A stretch of DNA of 64,000 nucleotides from Octopus sinensis (taxonomy: Eukaryota), in NCBI RefSeq assembly GCF_006345805.1, contig NC_043001.1, positions 23,002,001 through 23,066,000 of the forward strand, given 5' to 3'. Within the stretch, counting starts at the first letter, position 1; the number at the start of each line of letters is the position of its first letter. A program made the translations under genes and the position numbers. Positions 13,899 through 27,479 of this stretch are shown here, piece by piece. The notes beneath the pieces were generated by a model. The model had not been told where the DNA came from and did no database searches. It was given only the letters and a program-made list of their open reading frames with translations.

Positions 13899-14119
13899 AA
13901 GGTAGCGAGCTGGTAGAATCATTAGCACGCCAGGAAAAATGTTTAGCGGCATTTCGTCCGTCTTTACATCCTGATTTCAAATTCCGTCGAGGTCGGCTTT
14001 ACATTTTATTTTTCGATAAATTAAGTACCCGCGAAATGCTGCGGTCGACGTAACCGACTAGTCCCTTCCCCCAAAATTTCAGGCCTTGTGCCTTTAGTAG
14101 AAACGATTATTATTATTAT

Positions 14120-14850
14120 CGTTTTACTTCTCAGAAGTTTGGTCTTGTTTGTTCTGGTAGATTCTTCGAGAGCGGACAGCAGCCTGCCGGCAGAAGTCTC
14201 ACAGGGTCTCTTTCCGCACATTATAACCTTTGATACTTGGTTGTTAATTATCGGGGGAGACATTCAACATCCAAGTAGCAATCTCAAAATTCTAGCTGTC
14301 CCCAACAGAGCAGTTTTGGGGGCTTGCTCTGCTCTCATGTCAATTCCGATTTCTCTGACATATTTCTCGAACTTGGTTGTTAGTGTTCCAAGTGCCCCTG
14401 AAACTACTGGAATGACAGACACTCTCCTCGTAGTCCACATTCTTGCAATTTTTTCTTTTAGTAGTCTGTACTTTTCAATATTTTCTAGTTCTTTGTCACT
14501 TATGTGTGCATCTCCAGGTATTTCAATATCTATGATCTTGGTTTCCTTTTTTCCTTTATCTACCACACAAATATATGGTCTCCGAGCCTCGATTAGGGAG
14601 TCAGATTGGATTGTAAAATCTTATATTCCTTGTTCCCGATGACTCCTTCTGGTTCATGTTCATACAATTTCCGAGCTCTCTTCAGGCAGTATTTTTCACA
14701 TAGCCTCAAGTGGACGAACTTAGCCGCCTTATCGTGCCTCATTTTGTAGAGCTTTTGGGCCAGCTTGCTACACTCACTCACAATATATGAGATTGATTCG
14801 TTTCTGATGCCACACATCATACAAAGAGTACTCTTATCTATTTGAAACAA
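14120..14850 (-). mobile_element. R4/Dong-type LINE 3' fragment (CCHC knuckle + RLE)
   Basis: CMMCG...ESISYIVSECSKLAQ...RHDKAAKFVHLRLC; IIDIEIPGD...KELENIEKYRLLKEKIARMW...VIPVVSGALG...TALLGTARILR. The 3' end abuts (ATT)n. Confidence 0.9.
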
Positions 14851-15060
14851 GATGCCTTGTTTGTCATCTCTGTGTTTAGCTCCTTGTGGGTAGTAAAGAA
14901 ATAGGTATTTCATCCGTCTTTACGTTCTGAGTTCCAATTCCGCTGAAGTCGACCCTGCCTTTCATCCTTTCGGATTCGATAAAATAAGTACCAGTTGAAC
15001 ATTAGGACTCATCCCCATCTCCTCCGAGCTGCCCTTGCGGCAAAAATTCGAAATAATAAC

Positions 15061-15456
<396 letters not shown>

Positions 15457-15481
15457 CTATGATTATGATGATGATAATAAC

Positions 15482-15514
<33 letters not shown>

Positions 15515-15530
15515 TATTATTATTATTATT

Positions 15531-16105
15531 GAGTGAGAGAGCAGTTCATGCCATCAAAGTGGCACTGGGGTAAAATATACGAAGCCCAATATACCCATCA
15601 TGACTACCCGTCTGATAAAGGTACACCAGGCACATGCATCACAACCATATGTGCGCGACATGGTGATCTCATATCAAGATAAACAGCACATGACCTTGCA
15701 GGTGGGGCCCAGTTAGAATTTTCTTCAGGTTGAGTAGCCCATCCTGCTCAAACGGTCCCTGAATAAGGGTGTTAGGATGTTGAACGAAACACCTATGTTT
15801 CCAGAGGTGAACCATTCAACTCTAAAGAATCCCTCTCAACACATGGCCATGATGCTCCCCCACTACTTCTGCTCGTGATCAGAGATGCAATATCGTCAGA
15901 TAAGGGACATGCTCAACTGGTTAGGTCAAACAATGACAAGCAAATCTGTGGTATTGAGCAGAATATTTGCTGTAGCCCATCTTTTATACCAAGACAAAAC
16001 AATGTACATGATACACTTCAATCAGTTAAGATCAGAAGCCATGAGAGCCACTGCCTGGTACTGCATCAGGGCATATAATAATAATAATTATTATTATTAT
16101 TATTA

Positions 16106-16149
<44 letters not shown>

Positions 16150-17380
16150 ATGAAAACTCACAGCTTATTTTGCTGGCTATGGTGGATAGTGTCAGCTGTC
16201 CATAGCCAGCAGACTAAGGTGACACTTCTTTACTGGTCATGCTTCAAGAACCCTGCGAAGAATTTTTGCAGTTCCAAGCAATGCTGATTTTTGTATGTGT
16301 TCTACCTTCAGACTCGCACCGATCTTTTTCAGCCATGTTGGTAGTTGAGTGCTGATACTTCCAAGTACACCAATTACTATTGGTATCACGTTTAGTCTCT
16401 TCATTGACCACAACTTTTATATTTCCCACTTTAAACCATCGTAGTTGTTTATTTATTCTTCTTCTTTCACATTGATCCTGTTGTTACCGGGTCATGCTAT
16501 GTCGATAATCATACACGTTTCTTTTTTATTCACCACAAGAATATCCGGTTTCCTATGTATGGTCAGGTGATCGCACAGGATCATTACGTCCCACAAGATT
16601 TTACATTTCTCATTTTCGGTGACTCCTTCTGGGGTTTGTTCATATCACGCCTTTGCTCTTTGTAGGCAGTGATTTCCACAGAGCTCCCAATGGATCATTC
16701 TTACCACATCGTCAAGGTGTCGTTTGCATTCGTGTTGTGCCAATTTTGGGCATTCGCTAACGATATGCCATACCGTTTTACCTCTCTCACCACACATTCT
16801 GCATTTGTCGCTATCGGTAGTGTTGTCAATTCTGCACTTCATATAATTGGTCCTTAACGCTTGTTCCTGAGCTGCGCATATGAGTGCTTCTGTCTCTATC
16901 TTCAGGTCGCTCCTCCTCATCTATAGCCATCGATCCTCTGTATCTCTCTTGGCATTCACATCTCTTTCAAACTGACCGTATATTTTTTCCCTTCCATGCT
17001 TTTTTTTTGTTCACTCTGTTTAAATTTTTCTATAGTTACACAAATTTCAGTTTTAATGATACTGGCCTTTTTCGGGTGTTTCAACAATGACTCCACGACA
17101 TTTTTATATACCACCCTAGGCTGTTTTCCTCTGCTTCGATACAGTCCCGGCAACTGATCAAACCTCTCCCACTCTTTTTTCTGGACAAGTACAGCATATC
17201 GGTGTCAGTCTTAGGGTAGAAGGCTCCGTGTACTGTCAACATTTTTCTGGTCTTGGTATCCATTTTCTTCATTTCTCTCTTTTGTCATTTTATAATTCCT
17301 ACTCCATCATCATGATCATCATGATCATCATGATCATCATGATCATCATCATCATCATCATGATCATCATCATCATCATC

Positions 17381-17425
<45 letters not shown>

Positions 17426-17442
17426 TTATTATTATTATTATT
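15531..17442. repeat. 1.9-kb tandem duplication, copy 1
   Basis: Nearly identical to 17443-19339 (period about 1912 bp); the ORF track shows identical peptides offset by about 1904 nt. Confidence 0.95.
16146..17290 (-). mobile_element. R4/Dong-type LINE, 5'-truncated and decayed (second copy at 18050-19196)
   Basis: LYLSRKKSGRGL; LKIETEALICAAQEQALRTNY; CRMCGERGKTVWHIVSECPKLAQ; RKPDILVV...IIDIA (PD..D RLE motif). Contains stops and frameshifts; the 3' end abuts (TAA)n. Confidence 0.9.
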
Positions 17443-18006
17443 GAGTGAGAGAGCAGTTCATGCCATCAAAGTGGCACTGGGGTAAAATATACGAAGCCCA
17501 ATATACCCATCATGACTACCCGTCTGATAAAGGTACACCAGGCACATGCATCACAACCATATGTGCGCGACATGGTGATCTCATATCAAGATAAACAGCA
17601 CATGACTTGCAGGTGGGGCCCAGTTAGAATTTTCTTCAGGTTGAGTAGCCCATCCTGCTCAAACGGTCCCTGAATAAGGGTTGCTTTAGGATGTTGAACG
17701 AAACACCTATGTTTCCAGAGGTGAACCATTCAAACTCTAAAGAATCCCTCTCAACACATGGCCATGATGCTCCCCCACTACTTCTGCTCGTGATCAGAGA
17801 TGCACATATCGTCAGCCACTAAGGGACATGCTCAACTGGTTAAGGTCAAACAATGACAAGCAAATCTGTGGTATTGAGCAGAATATTTGCTGTAGCCCAT
17901 CTTTTATACCAAGACAAAACAATGTACATGATACACTTCAATCAGTTAAGATCAGAAGCCATGAGAGCCACTGCCTGGTACTGCATCAGGGCATATAATA
18001 ATAATA

Positions 18007-18053
<47 letters not shown>

Positions 18054-19283
18054 ATGAAAACTCACAGCTTATTTTGCTGGCTATGGTGGATAGTGTCAGC
18101 TGTCCATAGCCAGCAGACTAAGGTGACACTTCTTTACTGGTCATGCTTCAAGAACCCTGCGAAGAATTTTTGCAGTTCCAAGCAATGCTGATTTTTGTAT
18201 GTGTTCTACCTTCAGACTCGCACCGATCTTTTTCAGCCATGTTGGTAGTTGAGTGCTGATACTTCCAAGTACACCAATTACTATTGGTATCACGTTTAGT
18301 CTCTTCATTGACCACAACTTTTATATTTCCCACTTTAAACCATCGTAGTTGTTTATTTATTCTTCTTCTTTCACATTGATCCTGTTGTTACCGGGTCATG
18401 CTATGTCGATAATCATACACGTTTCTTTTTTATTCACCACAAGAATATCCGGTTTCCTATGTATGGTCAGGTGATCGCACAGGATCATTACGTCCCACAA
18501 GATTTTACATTTCTCATTTTCGGTGACTCCTTCTGGGGTTTGTTCATATCACGCCTTTGCTCTTTGTAGGCAGTGATTTCCACAGAGCTCCCAATGGATC
18601 ATTCTTACCACATCGTCAAGGTGTCGTTTGCATTCGTGTTGTGCCAATTTTGGGCATTCGCTAACGATATGCCATACCGTTTTACCTCTCTCACCACACA
18701 TTCTGCATTTGTCGCTATCGGTAGTGTTGTCAATTCTGCACTTCATATAATTGGTCCTTAACGCTTGTTCCTGAGCTGCGCATATGAGTGCTTCTGTCTC
18801 TATCTTCAGGTCGCTCCTCCTCATCTATAGCCATCGATCCTCTGTATCTCTCTTGGCATTCACATCTCTTTCAAACTGACCGTATATTTTTTCCCTTCCA
18901 TGCTTTTTTTTTGTTCACTTCTTGTTTAAATTTTTCTATAGTTACACAAATTTCAGTTTTAATGATACTGGCCTTTTTCGGGTGTTTCAACAATGACTCC
19001 ACGACATTTTTATATACCACCCTAGGCTGTTTTCCTCTGCTTCGATACAGTCCCGGCAACTGATCAAACCTCTCCCACTCTTTTTTCTGGACAAGTACAG
19101 CATATCGGTGTCAGTCTTAGGGTAGAAGGCTCCGTGTACTGTCAACATTTTTCTGGTCTTGGTATCCATTTTCTTCATTTCTCTCTTTTGTCATTTTATA
19201 ATTCCTACTCCATCATCATGATCATCATGATCATCATCATCATCATCATCATCATCGTCATCATCATCATCATCATCATCATC

Positions 19284-19330
<47 letters not shown>

Positions 19331-19339
19331 TAATAATAA
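17443..19339. repeat. 1.9-kb tandem duplication, copy 2
   Basis: Second copy; both junctions lie in (ATC)n(AAT)n(ATT)n arrays. Confidence 0.95.
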
Positions 19340-20441
19340 TCCCCATGAATATAAGAAAGGTAGAAAGGAGTATGATAAATAAAGTAACACAAAAGATAAA
19401 TATTGTAATTCCATACATCCAGACGGAGGACATAACACAAACAAGGAATCTTCTCCGAACATTTGCTAGCACTACTTGCTGAGGAGAAATTACAACTTAA
19501 GAAAACAAAAAAATGGTGGAGCAAAAAGAACCATGGTGGAAACGACGCATTGAAAGGTACATAATGCGGACAAGGCAAGATCTAGGAAAAACTGAGCAAT
19601 GGTTAAGAGGAAATTGAAAAAATGGGGAAAAGACCGACCGAGAAAAATTAGAGAAGAAATATAAAATACGGAAGGACGGGTTTAATACTGTAATAGAGCA
19701 GTTAAAACAGAGGATCATGACAAAAAAAACAGAAGATCAGAAGATTTGTGAACAGAAATATGCAGTTCGAGAAGAGCAGATAGTTAAAAAATAACCCAAA
19801 GCAATTCTTCCGAACCTTAGAAGGAGACAATGGGGAAAATGTTGCTCCTGATGCAAATCAAGCCAAGGAGCTCTGGAGCGGATTATGAGGAAACAATGTG
19901 GTGCATAAAAGGGATGCAATGTGGATAGGAACTATCAAGACAGAATTACAAGGAGAAAAGAAACAGGAATATTGTCATAAGCAGAGATGTCGTGAAAGAA
20001 CAAGTTGGTAAAGTGCCTAACTGGAAAAAACCCCGGACCAGATGGAATTCATGGTTTTTGGCTGAAGAGACGCCACGCGGTGCATGAAAGACTAGCAGCC
20101 CAATTGAATGAGTGTGTCCAGAAAGGTACAGTCCCTGCATGGATGGTGACTGGGAGGACAACACTTATAATGAAAGATAGAAGAAAGGGGAATATTGTGG
20201 GAAACTACCGTCCCATAGCATGCCTAAACATAATCTGGAAGATACTCACTGGAATATGTGCGGCAAAGGCATATACTTTCCTCGCACAGGAAGAAATACT
20301 ACCAAGGGAACAAAAAGCAGCCCTATTGGGCACAGCGCGCATCTTAAGGAAAGTATTATCTGCCTGAGGAACTTGTGGTGACATGACAAACGACTACAGA
20401 CCCCGGTGCACTTTTACCTACACTGTGTTACGAAGGAAAAA
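19340..20441 (+). mobile_element. R4/Dong-type LINE with a large internal deletion
   Basis: EPWWKRRIE, PGPDGIHGFWLK and GNYRPIACLNIIWKILTG (RT N-terminal part) are joined in frame to the C-terminal AALLGTARILRKVL*; flanked by (AAT)n. Confidence 0.9.
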
Positions 20442-20494
20442 TAATAATAATAATAATAATATTAATAATAATGATAATAATAATAATAATAATA

Positions 20495-20528
<34 letters not shown>

Positions 20529-20546
20529 TATTATTATTATTATTAT

Positions 20547-21243
20547 TATATTATGTTTGGCTTTTGCTTTGTATTTGTACAAGTTGACGCCAAGTCTCAT
20601 CCAGAGACCTCAAGATGCAACAAGTTAGAAGTTCAAGTTGGTGTTATGACTAGGGGGACTTATTTTGGGTTTTGCACAGAGTATAGTTCCAGAGAATGTT
20701 TGTCAAAACATAAGTAAATTAGAAATATGTTTTAAAAGTAATTTGATTATACGGTGATAGTTTGATGTTAAGAAGGCAGTAAAATGTGCCAGCTATTATA
20801 CATTTAAAAGTATTTTGACACTATTTACAGATTAAAATGTTTGGAGGATTGCATAGAAAATATTTTACGTAGGGTATGAGGCAGTCCCCATGAGCACTAC
20901 TTTTTAAATTTCATCCATTTTTGGATTTCCTGGTATTGAGATAATTAGCAATCAGCCCCTTTTGCTATCATTCCTAGGGCTCCTATGACAACAGGTATTG
21001 GTTTGGCCCTGAGGTCCCACATTTTGCCAATTTCTGTTTCAATATCTTTATACTCGCTCAGTTTTTGGTAGGTCTTTACAAATACATTTATGTCGATTGG
21101 GATGGTCATATCGATGAGGAGGCATGATTTTTGTCAGAAATCCTTCAATATAATGTCTGGCCTATTTGCATCTATCTTTCTGTCAGCTTGAACAGTAAAG
21201 TTCCAAAGGAGTGAGATGTGGCCATTTTCAAGAACTGGCGGTG
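20547..21243 (-). mobile_element. R4/Dong-type LINE 3' fragment
   Basis: RLE C-terminus; the 3' UTR closely matches the copy at 48785; (ATT)n arrays on both sides. Confidence 0.85.
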
Positions 21244-21244
21244 G

Positions 21245-21312
<68 letters not shown>

Positions 21313-21389
21313 CTTCTTTTTTAAGAAAGCAACCAATAAATGTACTGTAATGTACTTACATTTTCCTTTTCCGTGTCATTTGTAGAAGA

Positions 21390-21456
21390 ATGGAATCTTT
21401 GATTGATAAAGTGGACGCAAGCAAGTGGGAGGAGATAGACGCCAGCAAAGTTGACG
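21390..21456 (+). CDS. Uncharacterised 96-aa protein, coding exon 1 (MESLIDKVDASKWEEIDASKVD-G)
   Basis: Polypyrimidine tract and TTTGTAG acceptor ending at 21385, ATG at 21390, phase-1 donor G|GTAATT at 21456/21457. Confidence 0.7.
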
Positions 21457-23459
21457 GTAATTCTTGTTATACTTGTTTTCAATATACAATTTAGGGTTAT
21501 GGAAGAATATAGGATTTTGATTGATAACTGATGCAACATTTTAGAGAAAAGTACCAACCAGTGATTAAGCATAGTTGTTTTTTATGAAAAAATTAACGTA
21601 TTTGATGGCATAAATGATGTATGGGCATATTAGACGCACTCCATTTTCAGCAGTGCATATTCAGGAAAAAAGTTTTTAGTGAATTAAAAGCATGCAAAAT
21701 ATTTAAAGCTATCAAGCAATACATCACAAAACATTACAAAAGTACTTTAACCATAACAGTATAAGAAGTGAGGCTAAGTGGAAGAAACTCTCTTAGATAG
21801 TATTAACCTGTAGTAGTGAACAACAGGGGTAAAATTAGCTTTTGAGAAGCACAATTTCGCATACAAGACTTGGGATGATTTTTTATAAGATACGCCTTAT
21901 ATGCCAGAAAATACGATAACTTTAATTGCGGTATGGTCAGTAGATATAGAGGTCGAAAAAACAGACAAATTTGATGTCAGGAGAGACAGAGTGTTTTCGG
22001 CGTTGACGCGTAAATAAGAGAGCCTGATTGCATCTTACTGGTGGCTATAAGAATCTAACCTCTCTACTTGTTTTAAGTTACAGTAAGTTAAGACTAGTTG
22101 TTTATTTTTTTCATCATCGTGAGCACGCTTGTACACCTGGAGTAGAACAACAATAACTGAGGCAAGAGTGCGTTGTTTTGTTATCTGCATGGTGAACCAG
22201 CAGCAATTTCTGCAAATAAAGGATGTAATATACCGAGGGAAGAATAGGATTTGAAGTGAAATGACATGGATGATTGAAAGAATTGAAATTATTACCAAAA
22301 CTACGTGGAGTGCGAGACGTTATAAATATTATACCAACGTATCCCGAGGTTGGTACGTTGACATTATATTTAGAAATGAGTGACGATGACCAGTTAGATA
22401 TAGGGAAAATAGAAACCAGACTAAAAGAAGCTTCACCACGTTAAGAAGGGTTAAGTGGATCGGGTACCGGGTACCGGGTAACTGCTGGGTGTGAAATGCT
22501 TATATGATAAGGTTGTTTGGTTTGAGAGGATTTACTTACGGAAGGTTGGATAGATTGGCTAATCTGAAATTCGTGATTAGCTTCCTTGATCAACTTCCCT
22601 GATATTGAAACCTGGGAGGTTTAGCAATCTCTTTGATTTGAAATCTACCTTTCAAATCTACAGCTTTGTGTAGCTGAGATGTCTGCTGACAATATTATAA
22701 AGATACGACGTTCTGTTACACTAAAATTCATTTTGACTGAACTCCATACCAAAGATCATTAATAGAGACCGTCTTCATGGCAATATGAAAGGAATGAACA
22801 TAATGAAAGGGACCACTAATTCCTACATATATAATATTTAGATGAAGGAAATAGTGGTGATAACGACAACTGCCAAAGGTCATCAGAAAAGTTTGGGGTT
22901 TGACTGCAAAACTATCGGAATCGATGGCAGGTGGAACAGTATTAGGCGATTTGGACGGGGACTGTGATTGAAGATATAACAATGCTGAATAACACATTTT
23001 TGGAAAGAAGCAGGTGGATGAGGTGCTATAGTACCGCATTTCGTTTAGAATCACTGAAAGAGAATCTAGAGAAGTAGAATATCAAATGCTTCTTTCGAGT
23101 TGCATACGAGTATGGCTTCATAGAGAGACGCTATCGCACAATGAAGTACACGGCAGAAAGGAACCATATCTCTCTGGTTGATGCAGTGTCTTAGTATAAC
23201 AAGTCACCAAGGTCAACGGAGGAGGAGCTTCAGAAAGCAATGTTCGTGTATGAATGGATACATCTGAGTGTAGAATTGATGTGGACTTAGAAAGACAAAG
23301 ATCCCGCATCTGTTTTGATTGGGGATAAGGTTTAGCAATAACTAAAATATTTACATCACTTTTTTTTCCCAACTTCAAACTTATGTAGTTACAAAAATAT
23401 TGTCATTGTTTACGGCTTCTGAATTCACTTTAATGTTATTTTGTTTTTATTCCTTGTAG

Positions 23460-23683
23460 GTTTGGTCGACTACCATATCATGCGAAATTTTAAAAACCTT
23501 GATGACCATACAATAGAATTCCTCATTCAAGCCAATGACGATTCAGATACAGTGAAGGCAACCTGCACACATCTTCTGAAGGGCAAAAACCCTATGCAGG
23601 GTATCGGTTCGTGCGAAATGAAAGTTGTTAATGATGCAATCCTCGCTATCAACCTTAACGGAGATTGTATTGTGCTAAAATAA
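23460..23683 (+). CDS. Uncharacterised 96-aa protein, terminal coding exon (GLVDYHIMRNFKNLDDHTIEFLIQANDDSDTVKATCTHLLKGKNPMQGIGSCEMKVVNDAILAINLNGDCIVLK*)
   Basis: Strong acceptor TTGTTTTTATTCCTTGTAG|G; phase 1 matches the upstream exon; non-repetitive protein-like composition; AATAAA at the stop codon. Confidence 0.72.
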
Positions 23684-26600
23684 TAAAATCACAATTCAGC
23701 TAACAACAACGCTATTCGCTGCTTTCGTAGAGGATGCATTATTTTCTACTTATTTATAATGCTATTTCTTCCATGTTCATTTTAAAACTTTTGAAATAAT
23801 CCATTATCCTTTAACTTCGACATTATTTTGAAATTAAACCAACTTTAAGAGAACAAAACCTGTTTTTGCTTCACTAACTACCACTAACAAGCAGGGTAAA
23901 CAACAATACTGTAACATGAAAAAGTCCACTAACATGAACTTTCAGATATTTTGGTTTATTGCACATTGTGACAATCAACTAAATTAATAAAACATTTTTT
24001 AAATGATACTAGTTGTTTAACTGATCTGTAATTTATTATTGGTGTATAAATAGAAAGGAACTGAAGCAGAAGTCGACTTGGTTTTTCCAACAGTACGTAT
24101 TTTGTACGTCATGCAGTCATCAACCACGCTATGATAGTGTTTGTGTTTTTTAAACAAGCTTTCATCGTGAGTTGAAGTATATATTCCCTTCAGCTTTATT
24201 TAAAGCTTTATAAACTTGAAAACATTTTAAGTAGTGAACGACAATGTTGGTTACAGATAAGAGTATAGCTTTCTGGTGGAAGCATAAAATATGTGTACAC
24301 TGCAACGTTTCGAAATTAAAACTGGTGATAATAATACATTAGGGTAGCTAATAAAGAAAATGACGATAGAAGGCTCAGCGAAGGAAATTTCTTCTAAAAG
24401 CACAAGAATCCAGTTTAGCTTTATCATGGATATTAAACAATTCAAGACAAGCAAAATAACGAGGAACGAAAATCCGAAACTAAGTATTTCAACCAGTAAT
24501 TTATATTAAAAAAATAAAAGGTAGTTCTAAACTAAATTAAGTCGAATTTAGATTGACTGAGAGAAACTGTACATAATATAGTGGTCATTTAAAAATATCT
24601 TACAATAAATACAACAAAAAGAACTTATTAGACGCTGATTTAAAAAGTGAGAAAAATATGTCCAGTGGGAAAAAATCGTGTACAAACTTTACCAAATGAA
24701 TAATGGTTTACACAAACAAAAAGTGATAACATCAAGTTTGGCGAAAAATACAAACATCCTTTCTCTCAACTAAAAATAGCAGCCAATAGATATCTGAACT
24801 CTAATTACAATGACAAGAGTATTAAAGTAAATGAATGACCAGCAAAAATATACTTACTAGAAACAAGAATCAATAACATTTATTTTTAGCTAAAATAAAG
24901 AAGATAACAATCTTTGAAAAATCACAGAAAAATCTCCTGCTAACCAACTCATAGCTTGTTTTCTTATTGTTAAAACGAACCTTTGGCCAAGTAATCTGCA
25001 GGTGAACTTCTTGTTTGGACATCAGTTACGAAAGAAAATTCTCAATAGATATATGAAGAAAGAATCGGTATTGCCATCTTTAAGAATTATAGTGTAATGT
25101 TTGTCGTTTTGTTTCTAAAGTGTGAGTTAGAAATTTTTACTTGAAACAACAACCCAAATTGTTCTGCCACTTATGAGAGAATTTAATGAATGCAAGGATT
25201 AAAGAAAACAAAGTAAGCTGAAGGAACATTTTTATAAGGATACACAGGTGATTGTTTGGTTAAGGAGGCTTTTCTTTCAGTGATCTCTAGGCTCTTTTGG
25301 TAGCGACATATATGACTGCGTTCGCGTCATGTTCACACATACCAGCTACTTGTCTATCGCTGTCTGCATCTCGACCACAAGCGATCTTTCGGAAGGGGAC
25401 TATTTTTATAGCCGATAGCAAGCTCAAACGAGAAAAAAAAATGTTTTGGTGGCAAAGAGAAAATTACTCATTTGGCTGCTTTTAGCTGACATCGTAACAA
25501 AACGTGGTGGTTCCTGTTATGATCATGTATGAAGAAATAATTATGACCCGCGGTTAGACTGGCCATGTGACACTGTAAAGTAGGGGGACCATTGTTTGAC
25601 TACAAACTTAAGAAATTATGGAACAGAATGCAAAACCCGATACAGAGGGACTTACACGTTACGATCTGGTAAAATGTTTTCGATTATTTTGAAGGTAAAT
25701 GACAAGACGTGTAGACGATGAGTATCTATAATATTTGTTTCTTTACGAACCACAAAAGATTAGTAACTAATAAATACCAAGCATTTGGCATCCGCCCGAT
25801 TATAATTTCACACTTCCAGGTACAATATTATTTGTATAATACAATTCCTGTCACATATGATACTTAATCCTACGTTTATGATTTAATGCAATTTAAAAAC
25901 GAAATAACAAATGTTCACTAAAACTAAGAATAAATATCCTACGAAAGTAATATCCTTATGGGTAGGCGCGTGACCTAGTGGTTGGGTTGTTACACATGTT
26001 ATCGTAAGATAGTGATTTCGATATCCGGGTCGAGCAGTGCGTTGTGCTCTGCTGGGAGGTTAAACTTGCAATAGACTAACGTCTAGTTCAGGAAGTGTTG
26101 TAATCTCAGCCACTTTGACATCATGGAAACCGGATTAAACTCCATTTTATGAGTCCTGGGGATCATGATAGACCTAAGTTTGAAGTAATATTCTTAACAA
26201 TTAGCAGAAATTGTTACACTCTAAACTGTTCGGTTCGCATGAATTAGAAGAACTTGTTAATTACTTCCATATTAAGATATCGTGTCATCATTTAATGACA
26301 CTTTTTTTTTTGCGATGCAGCAATTGTCAAATAATCATTGCACCATGGTTCACAGTAAAAATATCCAGTGGAGAGTGGGGGTAGGTGATAGAGACTGTAA
26401 CATTCTTTCTATTACCACAATTCGTTACATTAGAAATTAAACAAGATGTCCGTTTGTGTTTGTGCGATTTTGTGTATTTACAGCACACAGCATAAAGTTG
26501 GCATTCATATTCTCTTGATGTAGAAGAATCGACTAAATGAGGACCATCGTGTAGGGAACAAATACAATACCCCACAACAGTACAACAACATACTAAAATC

Positions 26601-27384
26601 GTTGTCTTTCTCACTCAACACTGAAATAAAAGTAACATCAATAGTCTCAGTAACCCTAAACACTGTGCGGGGATATACACCATCAAGTGTATAAGTGCAG
26701 AGAAACTATTATACATTGACCAAGTACATCACGACTACATCCATCGTGATCACCACCTGAACCTATGGTTGTACACCAATAGACTGGACAATAGCGAAAG
26801 TGTTACATGCCCAGGCTATCACATTTCTCTTCCATGTAATTCATCACAGCATGTTGGATTGTGCAATATGGTCCTCAGCTCGGCGGAGGCATGGTGTATA
26901 GTTGGGAAGAAGGATCTTTGGGTCGCGTCAGTTCGTTCGGATAACTACAGGCACATTATAGGACTGCGATATCAAGAATTGCATAACAGCAGCAGGTGTT
27001 GCAATCGTTAACAGTTTGTAATTCAGTTTCTACCGTGAATAGAAACAAATTCCAGCGTATTTCGAAACAGTTTTCCCCCTTTACCCAAAGGTTAATGTTT
27101 TCTTTTCTAGAATACTCTTTTCCTTTGAATCCAATTGACGATCAATTGCTGTCAGGTTTGTAAATTAATGAAGCCACTGTCAGTGAGCAAGAATTGGTAA
27201 ACGGAAACAGTGCAGAAAACCAGAACTTTTGGTGGCAGTGACGATGAAAAGTTACCTGTTTATAGTTTATTATTTTTCCATACACATTGCCTAAAGATAT
27301 ATATATATATATATATATATATATCTTTAGGCGATGTGTGTGGCAGAATATTAACAATATGCATATGTGTGTGTGTATGTGTGT

Positions 27385-27421
<37 letters not shown>

Positions 27422-27479
27422 GTGGTGTGTGTGTGTGTGGTGTGTGTGTGTGTGTGTGTGTGTTGTGTGTGTGTGTGTG

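Noticed and set aside
14088-14642. 184-aa hydrophobic plus-strand ORF
   Set aside because: It is the antisense reading of the R4/Dong-type LINE fragment.
22400-23378. Possible decayed Penelope RT, antisense in the small gene's intron
   Set aside because: Only vague motif resemblance (QTF..GS...NI.YVG); too degenerate to support without a profile search.
26327-26614. Cys-rich 95-aa ORF with a GPCR TM6-like start
   Set aside because: There are no flanking transmembrane exons, no conserved CWxP or NPxxY motifs, and no consistent splice model.
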